This document shows, one piece after another, positions 47,859 to 58,972 of a stretch of 64,000 nucleotides of DNA. The stretch's first letter is position 1, and the number at the start of each line of letters is the position of its first letter. Under the pieces are notes generated by a model. That model saw only the letters and a program-made list of their open reading frames with translations. It did not search any database and was not told the DNA's origin. The stretch is from Podarcis gaigeae. Lineage: Eukaryota. A program made the position numbers and the translations under genes. Location: the NCBI GenBank assembly GCA_964106915.2, contig OZ066914.1. One strand, given 5' to 3'.

Positions 47859-50800
47859 GTAAAGCTCCTTATGACACACTTACAAGTCAACTGAACTTAG
47901 GAAGCTGCCTTGCACAAAATCAGAACATTGGTTCATCTAGGTCAGCATTGTCTACACTGACACTACTTTAGGGTTCCCTATGTGGGTCTTACCCAGTCCT
48001 ACCTGCACATACAGTGATCTAGGATAGTTTGGCATACAAAGCAAGTTCTTAACCATGGAGCTTCAGGCTGTATATGACACTTCTGCCTGTGGGTAATTTG
48101 AGTTATATATACTTCTTAGGTTTCTGAATTTGTATTAAATATTTTTCTCTGGTATGTGCCAGATTCAGAATAAATGGATAGAACCTTTTAAATTTTTTAT
48201 AACCCTTTGATACTCCTGGAACAATTGTGCAAAAGTATCATTTCTTCTATCAAACTTCACACAAGGGAGGGGTACTGGTATACTTCACTGATACTTTGAG
48301 CTCAGAAAATGTTTTGTGCTCTTTTGACTTTCAGAAGGTTGAGTTGCCAGACAGTCCACGCTCCACCTTTCTACTGGCATTCAGTCCAGACAGGTACACA
48401 TCTATGTATATATTTTCTGTTCTCTTTTTATTTATTTATTATTTATTTTATGTTCCCTTTTATCTGTTAGAAAGATTTGTGAAGAGAAATGTTCCTCAGC
48501 ATACCTGTGAGAGCTTCGAAAGAGTCTTTCAGCTTCGCTATACCAAGTGCTGCTCACTCTTTTGATTATTTGAAACTACTTGTGTACATGGAATACTCTT
48601 TTTGAACTATGATAATGACAGAATGTAGACTTGCAAAGAACTTGGTAGCAGGAGATGTTCATATAAACTGGTGAAATGCTTGTTGTGTTGGTTGGTTCAG
48701 GGACCCTACAGGGAAGGCGCGAAGTCCTTGAGAGCCCTGTGCAGGTTTTGTCCCTACTGTGGTAGTACCAATTTTCCTTTACTGAATACAGCTTTTGCTC
48801 CACCACCCTCTCAAATGTCATTGTAGTCCGCTTGCTTTTTGTTTCATAGAACAGTATGCAAGGCAGAGCCAATGAAAACTCACTCCATCCCTATTTGCAT
48901 AGTCACCTCATGTTTTGTTTTAATTGGTCACCCCAGAGCAGGGGTAACCAACATGGTGTCCTTGAGGTTGTCCCTATTATCCCTGACTATCAGCTATGCT
49001 GGTTGAGACTAATGATAGTTTGGAGTCCAGGAGCATTTGGAGAGCATTACATTGATTACCCTTTTTCTAGAGTGTGACAGATGAGAACCAGGAATTGGCT
49101 TTCATATACAAGAGAGCTTAGGGCCTGGCCACTGTCCAAGCAAGATTGTTGCAGTGCATATCAGAAAGAAGTGATGTTTGAAAATTGAGAGTGACTCACC
49201 CTGTAGGGATGGTATGGTATAGATATTAAGGTGGAAAGCACAATTTGGAGAACCTATCATTTTATGAGCATTTGACCAGTTAAGAAATATAGCTGAGTAT
49301 ACTACTCTACTATTCTTGAGTAATGGTTAAGTCTTTTTGGAGTATTTACTGTATTAGAATGACAAAAATGTACTTTAATTATTAACAGGTAACTATTCTC
49401 TTACCTGTTAATCTTGGAAATATAATTATTAACTTTTAACAATCTTATGTAAGCTTTCTAAAACTCAAGTATGTGTGCTGTGAGGCTGGTTAGATTGAAG
49501 TATCATTGACTTATTTTTAGAAAGTTGGTCTTGGGGCTGTGATGTCTTGGTGGTTTGGGTGTTGGGCTTGACAGCCAATGAGGCATATCTGTACAGGTTC
49601 ATATTTTTCTCTCTGTTTCTGCATCCAAAATTGCTTGCTAAACAACCTTCTCTTCCCATCCTTCCTCCCCTTCTTTTATGTTGCTTTTTAATTTCCCCAG
49701 GACCCTTATGGCTTCTACTCATGTGAATCACAATATTTACATCACTGAGGTGAAAACTGGCAAATGTGTTCACTCTCTAGTTGGGCATCGACGCACACCA
49801 TGGTGTGTAACCTTTCATCCTACCATTCCAGGGCTTATTGCTTCAGGGTGCCTTGATGGAGAGGTTAGAATCTGGGATTTGCACGTAAGTTCCTTTTAAT
49901 GCTCTTTACCTCACTCTATGCCAGGCTAATCCATGCATTGCCACACTTGTCCCATGCATTGTGGGACCTTCTTCACTGTAGCATTTTCTCATATTATTCT
50001 GGTAATAGAGATAAACCCAAATACATGGTTCCATCCCTCCAAATATCACCTGTTTACCTTACTGTTATGGATTTGTTTTATTTTCTGATCATGAAATGCC
50101 AACTCTGCCAGTTGAGAGCCTTATTGGCAGGCTGTAGTAGAAATCTTGTGCTAGTTAATGATAAAGCCTTTGGATGACCTATAATTATTTCTGCAAACAT
50201 TTCAGTGAAAGATTACTGTACTGTAGGTTTCAAGAATTAAAAAATGCTTTCTAGTAGTACTGTAGTGTGTCATGACCTTTATCCATACTAATGTTGAAGG
50301 GCTGAAATGTTTCTACATAATCAAATTCTTTTAATTACTCTGGAACATTCAGTGAGTCTCAGACAGCCTATACAAACAGTATATAATGATTTTCCTGTAA
50401 TTAGTGAGACAAAGGTCTTTAAAATTTGGCTATGCAGTTGGGGGTGATATAAAACGGAAGCACATGTGATGATGCTTGTGATATAAATCTAGGTCACCAT
50501 ATAGTGTATATGGGATCCTGTTTGGAATTACTGTGTTTCAGTACCATTGACCATAGATTGGTTTGCTCCCAGGGTGGAAGTGAGAGCTGGTTTACAGATA
50601 GCAACAATGCCATAGCATCTTTGGCTTTCCATCCAACGGCCCAGCTCCTGCTAATTGCAACAGCCAATGAGATCCACTTCTGGGACTGGAGTCGCCGGGA
50701 GCCTTTTGCAGTTGTGAAAACAGCCAGTGAAATGGAGCGAGTCCGGTGAGTAATCCTTCTGCATGAGTGTACCTAGTTGAAGACGAAGGTAAGAGGGAGC

Positions 50801-53800
50801 AATCTTTAGGAGAAATCCTCAAGATAATTGCTTGGGACACAGTTTTAGCCAGAAATGGGGAAAAAACAAAACCCTATGACACTGGAGACAGCTTGGAAAA
50901 CTCTTAATTGCACCCCAGGGTTCACTAGTAAACCAGAAGATGAAAGTACGGTCTTGAAGGCACACAGTGTGGTTTAACTGCTCAAGTCAAGTAGGCCTGG
51001 CCCTATAGACTGCAATCATATTTATTTATCTGCTTACTGTGTTTCTAATTCTAAGAAGTAGCATTAAAATAATAAGCTCAAACTTTAAGGTAGAAATACC
51101 ACCTTAAAAAATAAGGATAAAAGATAAGATTTTAAAGGCCTGTGAGAATAAAAACATCTTCACCGATTTTGAAAAGCATTCCAAGCAAGGGGCCACTATC
51201 CTGGCTTCCCACCTTTCTTTAGCTTGTGGGGGCACACAATGATAAGAGGTCATTGTTGGGTACATAAGGGAAAAGAGGATCCTTTGGATACTGTGGTCCC
51301 AAGCTTATGAAGGGCTTTAAAAGTCAGAACCTGGAATTGAATTGGAACTGGAATTGGGCTGGGAGTCAGTGAAGATGATTAAGTCCTTGTATAATACAAT
51401 CATAGTTAGTACTCTTTCAGCCATATTCTGTACTGATGGCAGTTTCCAGCAAGCCTTCAAAGGTAGCACCACATATAATGTATTACAGTGATCTATAAGG
51501 AAAATTGTATAAGCTAACTCTGATGTTACAGGACAAGTATTAGAGTATTCTGCTGCTGTGATTTGAGACGGTTTTAATGGATGGTTTTATTCTGTTAATG
51601 TATTCTAAACGTATTTTGTGTTCTTAGCTGTGCTCTTGTTATAGGAAGGCTTGGAGTATACACATGATGGACAAAAGCAAATATTTTTCCAGACAAATAG
51701 CGGGACAAACTTGGCACTATTTATAAAACCTGCCATAGAATATCCCTGGTAGTTGCTATTACCAATGCATTTATTATGGAGCAGCAAGAGACTAGTTATC
51801 CAGAGTTTTACTTGAGCAGAGAAATGTGTCATTTTTTACAGGCTGACCTGTTACAGTTTTTCATTGTGTAGGTACATTTTTCATACAACTGTAGCATTTC
51901 ATTAGTACTGTTACCAGGCAATTGGGCAGTAATATGGGATTCATTGAATGTTTTACTTAGAATCATGTAGGACAGAGATTGCTAGAATTATTGTTAGAAT
52001 GTATACCAGAGCATGAATATCTGTTTAAAATCCAGTCATGGGAAGGCATTTTCCAGTTGTTACTACTATTTCAGGATCTCTTGGGAGTCAGAGATAGCTT
52101 AGCCCAACTTTTATATTTCAGGCAGACAGTGTCAGATTGCATCATGTGACTTGGTCATGCAGCCTATAAAGTTAACAGAAAATAACTGAAGATGGCTAGA
52201 AGCAGCTCTGTGCTATTAGAGAGAGGGGTCTTATGAAGGAGTGCAAAATGATGCAGACAGGTGAACATGTGGTTGCTCTTTTGGAGCCTGCTACTGTGGG
52301 TTGTCTTAACAAAGGACAAGTTCTAGGCATTCTAAGTAAGGTTAATTCTAGATTTCCCCACTAGTTTATTGTTAACTATAAAGCATAGTGGTGCTTAGCC
52401 TTTGTTGAGCAGGAAGAAAAATAGATTAATGACTCATTAGAGGAAGAGAAGCTAATTGTCCTATCTGTTTTGAAGTTTTGGTAGTGAGAAATGGCAGTTA
52501 GGAGTAAAAGGTAGCCATGAAGTAAGTAAGTAATTTGTTTGTTTACTTAAATTTGTATACCAACCATTATCCATAGACCTCAGGGCGGTCCTGGAAAGCT
52601 AATGGAAGGTTAATTCTTTGCTAATATACTCAACACTATATACAGGAAACATGAGATTATAATGACAATATATTGGGCTAAAGTACTGTATCTACCATGT
52701 GTAAGGCTTAAATAATTAAGCTAAAGCACCATAAAGCAAGTTTATATCTTAGGAAGTAAAATTTTATTTTCTTCAAATTTTGTAATATGTATAACAATTC
52801 ATTTTGGAGGTCCTTCTTTTTTGGACTTGGAAGAATTTACTCTTGAATTGGAATTCTTGAACAAAGTAGTGTGCCGAGATCTTGCTGTTTGGGCCTTTGG
52901 ATACGGTGCTCAGATTCCTATTTTCTTAGCCTTCTCTTCAGATTTCTTGCTCAGATACGGAGATATAAAACCAGTCAGTTGTTTTCTTTTCTTTCTAAAA
53001 ACAATATACCGTGGAGTCTGAAACGTGGCAAGCTCACATGCTTCTGTGGCCATTCAGCTTCCTCAATCTACCATGCAGTCTTCTTCCTTAGCAGTTCCTG
53101 CTATTTGAATGTTCATTTTGCTACATTTTGTACAGTGTTTCCTCATTCACATGCATGGCAGTGTTTGGCCATTGTGGGAATTGGGTACACTTCAGGGATG
53201 GATGAACATCTCCCACTCCGTTATTTGTGAATCTGAAACTTGGCGTTTCTTTACATTGTGGCGCACTACAGAAATGCAAGAAGTCCTCTCGATAGTACTA
53301 TTTGATGGAACAGCTTGTTCTGTTAAAATTAAACCTTTCTTCTTTGTTTCAGACTAGTTCGGTTCGATCCTCTTGGGCATTATTTACTCACAGCAATTGT
53401 TAACCCTTCCAATCAACAGGTAACTTTTTTATTCAGTTATTAGACATATAACTGGTGTTTCCTGGTGTAGAGTTCTGTGACTTAGCAAATATCCACTGTC
53501 TATTTAATGTTTTTAAACTGACTGAATATGAATGGTCTAGGTGTATTTGATGTAGAATTCTTAAATCTAAATATGTGTGAATCTGGTGACACCTGGATAG
53601 AAAGCCACATGGTAATTTGGTCTCAGCTTCCTAGGAAAAGAAAAAAGGCTGGGATATAGTATTACAGAATAAATATTTATTCATACCCAAAGTTTGGAAA
53701 GTTTCAAGAATACTTGGCCTTGCTGTGCTGCTGATTGCTTTGCTGTTGTAGCTATCAATACTGGTCAGTCCAAAGCCTCCTTCATCTGTGATGAAGTTTA

Positions 53801-54382
53801 TGAGCTGCATTAGCACTTCACTCCTGTGAACTGTGTAAGACTAATATGGTGCCCTCTCCCTTGACAATCTTCTGCTTTCTCTCTCAGGTCTTAAAAGGGT
53901 ACCTATTGCTGGTTCACAGAGAATCTGGAAGGGGTACTTTATTGTACTGATGGCTGATTGGGTCATATTGCCCAAGGTCATGTCCTATACATATAACTTG
54001 TGACATCATATTCCTTGAGGCAATCAATTTAACTCTTTCAGCTACTTCCCCCCTTAGGCAGATCTCAAGCAGCCTCTTGGCTTTTGTTTGGTTCAGTTTG
54101 CAATAAAAGCAGGACTTAAAAAAAATCATATAGACAGTATTGGAGTGTGGTGTCTCTCAGGCTCATGAACTGGAAGCCTGGCTCTTGTAGCTGCCAACAG
54201 CACCCCCACCAATTTTGGTGGCAGCTTTTTTTTTTTTTTTTTAAAGGCATAGCTTTGAGGTGGGCAGATCCAGTCCATGAATGGGGATATAAATCATTTT
54301 CTCCCTTCTCATCAGCTTGATCATTGGAGCAGAGACAGGGCATCCTCAGCTGATCTGCACAGAGCAATTGAGGAGGGAGAGA

Positions 54383-54424
<42 letters not shown>

Positions 54425-56261
54425 CACGCATGCATGCACATGTGCATATACGCTACAGGTATATGGTTCCAGGTGGGTTGACTGAGGGTGAATGTGGCCC
54501 TCAGGCCAAAAAAGGCTAGCTGCTTTTTGTATAAAATGAAGTTGTGGTCCACCTTTGGCAGAATTGCCATTGTTGGAGTTAACTGTAACAACATGAGTTA
54601 CCTTTGTGTTTCTTTCCTGGATCTGAGTAGTTAAAAATAATAGTAATAGAGAGTCTCTCAGTAACTTTGTCCTGCCGAAGGGCAGAGTCTCTGCTTTGCT
54701 TGTGGCAAAGTGCACCCTGTTTTTGCATCATCTTATTTTGATGCAAGGTAATTGATCACTTGCACTTTCTTCTGCAGAACGATGAAGAGGTGGAAATACC
54801 TGTGGATAGTACTGAAATGCCACACTATCGTCAGCGTTCCATCCTCCAATCTCAGCCTGTCAGACGCACACCACTCCTTCATAACTTCCTGCATATGCTG
54901 TCCTCACGTTCTTCTGGTATCCAGGTGGGAGAGCAAAACGCCATGCAAGACTCGGCTACTCCCTCCCCTCCTCCTCCTCTCCCTCCTCCACCACCACCAC
55001 CACCTCCACCTCCACCACCACCACCTCCAGCTAGTGAAGCCTCTAGAGCATCTGCCTATAATGGCCTCAGTGAGCCTGTCAATTTCCCCTCAGTAAAATG
55101 TTGCCAACATCTGGGGGTGCTGTGCCTTTGCAGGCGATGTTCTAGTGCAAGACTTCCTTCTCTTTTTCCGTCCCAGGACAACACCCCTTCCACATCCTCT
55201 GGGTCCACTGGCACTTCCTTTTCTTCTGTGCAAATGGAGCCTTACCAGCCCCAGGAGCAGGCAACTACAGCACAGCAGGAGCAGGGACTCCTTAACCGAC
55301 CATCTGCTTTCAGCACTGTACAAAGCAGTACTGCGGGCAACACCCTGCGCAACCTTAGCCTCGGCCCCACTCGTAGATCCCTTAGTGGGCCTTTGTCTGG
55401 CCACTCGTCCAGATTTCACCAGTCTACAAGAGAGATGGCCTCTGGGTTGGAGGGTTCTGAGTGGACTCGAACAGTGTTGAATATGGGCCCTCGCTCTGAG
55501 TTGGAAGGTATGCCTCCTCCTAGAACCAGTGCCTCTTCAGTGAGCTTGTTGTCGGTACTGAGACAGCAGGAAGGAAGCTCCCAGTCCTCTGTATATACTT
55601 CAGCTACAGAAGGGAGGGGTTTTCCAGCTCCTAGTGCTGAAGCTGAAAGCACTAGCAATGCTGGTCCAAGCAATCCAACCAGCATTCGCAATGAGTTTCA
55701 GTGTGACTTGAGGCGGTTCTTCTTGGAATATGATAGGCTTCAGGAGCTAGATCAGGGGATAGGTGGTGAACCCAGTCAGTCACATCAAGCCCAGGAGATG
55801 CTTAATAACAACATCGAGCCTGATAGACCTGGTCCTTCTCATCAACAGACCCCACATAGCAGTGAAAACAATTCCAATTTGTCACGGGGGCACCTGAACC
55901 GCTGTCGAGCCTGTCACAACCTGCTGACTTTTAACAATGACACACTTCGCTGGGAAAGAAGTACACCTAGATATGCACCAGGGCAGGTCCAAAGCACATT
56001 TGAAGGTGTGCCATCCAGCAGTAGCCAGCTACCACCTTCCGAGAGAATGGAAAGTAGAACTTCTCCCTCTAGCAGACTGCCACTGGGAAGATCTTCTAAT
56101 CCGCCAGAGGAAAGGACCGTGGGAGTGGTCTTTAACCAGGAGACGGGGCACTGGGAAAGAGTTTACAGCCAATCTGCTTCAAATAGACCTGGGAATGTAT
56201 CACAGGACGCCTTAAACCAGGAAATGCCTGAGGAAAGTTCAGAGGAGGATTCGCTTAGGAG
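47724..56261 (+). CDS. AMBRA1: AMBRA1 (activating molecule in BECN1-regulated autophagy 1 / DCAF3), 5' partial CDS with 6 coding exons; continues beyond the window
   Basis: [19 protein letters not shown] through the WD40 repeats to [10 protein letters not shown](R). Splice phases are consistent. Confidence 0.97.
48335..48393 (+). CDS. AMBRA1: AMBRA1 coding exon 2
   Basis: [19 protein letters not shown](R), 59 nt. Confidence 0.96.
49701..49884 (+). CDS. AMBRA1: AMBRA1 coding exon 3 (WD40)
   Basis: [61 protein letters not shown]. Confidence 0.97.
50573..50745 (+). CDS. AMBRA1: AMBRA1 coding exon 4 (WD40)
   Basis: [57 protein letters not shown](R). Confidence 0.97.
51130..51500 (-). mobile_element. 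Degraded L2-type LINE fragment
   Basis: GGTCCCAAGC..TGAAGGGCTTTAAAAGTCAGAACC...CAGCCATATTCTGTAC...CTTCAAAGGTAGC antisense L2 pattern. Confidence 0.5.
53353..53419 (+). CDS. AMBRA1: AMBRA1 coding exon 5
   Basis: [22 protein letters not shown], 67 nt. Confidence 0.96.
54385..54420. repeat. (TG)n microsatellite
   Basis: About 18 TG units. Confidence 0.95.
54778..56261 (+). CDS. AMBRA1: AMBRA1 coding exon 6 (1484 nt, disordered region)
   Basis: [10 protein letters not shown]...[17 protein letters not shown]...EEDSLR(R); TTCTGCAG acceptor; AG|GTAAGA donor. Confidence 0.97.
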
Positions 56262-58516
56262 GTAAGATTGCTAGACTGTTCTAATTCCTCCTCAGTCTTT
56301 CTGAAGCTGTACCATTGAAGTGTGAACTACTGAAGATCTGGAGGTACTCATTTCTGATGCTGTCATGAATCTGGCTGGTAGCAAAATTGGATTCAGGGAT
56401 CAGTTGCTGTCTGCAGTGGGGCTCCTATCTAAAGCATAGAGTAAGCCTGTACACATTCAGAGGAGAGAACTATAATTTCTAGCTGAAGGTAACTATTCTC
56501 CTTAAGTCTCATTCTTACGTCGTTGAGGCATTGCTTGGAGTAGCTAACTGTAGCACTTGTTAACAATGGCAGCAAATGCAGTCCACTAGGCTTTTCATAT
56601 ATTCCCAGTTGTTAAGAATAGGGAAAACTCAATTTTCTTAAAGATGGGATGAGCAGCTCCTTACTTTTCAGAAATAATTCTGAATCTAAGATGGTTCAAC
56701 TACTTATCATTACATCTGCATGTGACAATTATTTCTCCCATAGTAAGAAATAATGCCAATTCTTACGTCACCCTGTTCTTGAATTGTATGTCTGCCAATG
56801 ACTTGTAGGTGGTTGAGATAGTATCTGAAACATTTCTTCCTGGTACTGGATTATGCCTGATCACCACAAAAGAAAACAAACAGGAATGCTGGTGGTATAT
56901 TTTGAGGGAATTATATCCCTTTCCTTTACTGCTTCAGGAAATCTGCTCCTGAATGGTTTGAGAATAACATTTCTCTTTGCTGCATGATGAATATTGGTGA
57001 TGACAGAATAACTCCAATTTTAAAATCCCTGCTTCTATTCCCCCATTTCCCTGCGTTTTTCTGGCTGCTTGTAAGATTACATTTTCTTTTTCTAAGTATA
57101 CCTAACACTCATCTTGTCAGGTGCCCGTTGTTCATGAATGACTAACCTTACCTTGAATGCCTTTGAAATTGGCAGCTGTCCTCTTCATACCTATACAGGC
57201 CCTCACCCACCAAATGGCATGCAGGTATTGCATCAGTTCAAACCATTTTGCAGCAACCAAGGGGCTTTCACCATAGGCTGAACTAGTGATGTTCTTTGAA
57301 CGGCAAGGAACAGTGATTACCGCATGTAGGAGGCCCTTCAGCATTTGCTGTGTTTAACAGGCCTGGAAAGTGATCTGTAGACCCTCTTTCCTAGAGGACT
57401 AAAGTAGAAAGAATGGGATTGCGTTTAATTAAAGTATTGATGATGTATAGTCTCAGAGAAGTATCCGTTTGTTATGCTGCCCCATTGTCTAATCAGAAGA
57501 GGCGGTCAGTGCTTTCTTTCTTTTTCCAAACTTTTATTAGGCATTACAGATATAGATCATCTTAAAACATTCATATACATTTTAAAAAAATAAATACAAA
57601 GAAAAAGCCATATAAGATACATAGTAACAGGGACAAGGAGGCTGAGTGAAAGGGTGCCTGTGCCTGTGCATGCAAACAAAAAGGAAAGCTGTGGAAAGTA
57701 TCTGTGGGGCCATGGGATTGGATTGGGGAAGAGGAAAGTAGATTTATGAGAGGGACATTATTCCTATAAATGCTTGGAAGACTTAAAAGCCTCCAAGGCA
57801 GTCTTTGCCAACCTGGTGTGCTGGCTGGTGCTGATGGGAATTGCAGTGCAAAACATCTAGAGAGCTTCGGGTTGGCTCCTTTTTCTTTAATACAGTTATA
57901 GTTTAGAAGGCAAGCTGGTTCTTTCTTAGGGAATGGTCATTGTGACCTATTTGGACTTCTCTTTCTTTGTTGCTTATGATCCAGCTGATTGAATATTTTC
58001 ATAGATGCTTATGTTCCTGCCATCCCCTCTGAGGTGCTGGCAGCTGTGACTGACATTTTATCTCTCTGACCAGATGCTTCTTGCTATGGTAAATGAATTT
58101 ATAGTATGCAGCCTAGTGCTCAGGCTTGTTTTTGGTATTCAGTCCTTAAGAATTCCAGTAGCACAAAGCTTCAGTAGCTTTTCGCTGTGCAAAACACTAT
58201 TTCACATTCTTTTCACTTCCGACTCTCTGATGAATATTTTCCTTTTTTCAGTATGAAGCAGGAGCTGGTGCCTCAGTTACTCTTACTGTTACTAGTGTGA
58301 GTCCTATGACAGGAGTAGTTAAATCTAGGAATGTATGTGAAGGGGCAGTGGCATGGGACCTTTACCTGGCAAAGAGGGAGAGTAGTGATCAGATGGGCTG
58401 GACTCGGGGACGTTACCGGCAACAGTGTTAAGTAGAAACTATGGTAAAACTTTTTGTTCAACTGGAGGTAGAAGTGAATGAGGCCAAAGGCTGTGACAGG
58501 ATACTACAATTGTCAA

Positions 58517-58972
58517 CAGGGTTCGAAATTAGCAGGATGCCAGGCACATTTTCCGCCTAAAGATTTACCATTTGTGAGCACCTCAAAAAGCCTGGGTGCC
58601 ATTTTTTGTACCTGGCTGTCACTCAAGGATTACTGAAATGTATGTTCTTTGAAGTATATGTCAAGGATAGACAATATGTTAAGGAGTTTCATAATAAAGA
58701 GTAGAGTGTTTTGAAAACTGAAGCATGGTACCAATATTTTTATTGTAAACTCCAAATTAAACATGTATTAACAATTTCTGCTAAAAATGTGATATTAACA
58801 ATGTGTCCCTTAAGTGAATTGCGTATTCGTTCATGTTTATCAAAATAATAAATAAAAAGTGCTGCCAACCCCCCCCCCCCCAATGGTGACTAGACATTCT
58901 GTTTGGGTGCCCACAACCCAGGTCCCAGAAGCCTTTTGGCTCCTGGCTTTTTTATCCCAGTTTCTAACACTG
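58517..58972. mobile_element. hAT-like non-autonomous element
   Basis: TIR CAGGGTTCGAAA / TTTCTAACACTG (10/12). Flanks ATTGTCAA and TTTGTGAA match 6/8. Confidence 0.65.

Noticed and set aside
54116-54715. 199-aa - strand ORF with HT repeats
   Set aside because: Spans a (TG)n repeat and a T-run in an AMBRA1 intron, with no protein signature.
54752-55691. Alternative-frame and antisense ORFs, including a poly-His frame
   Set aside because: Shadows of the AMBRA1 exon and its CCA/CCT repeat.
56487-56500. 14-mer AGGTAACTATTCTC shared with 49387-49400
   Set aside because: Several 14-mer matches are expected by chance in 64 kb of AT-rich DNA, and no flanking similarity is visible.
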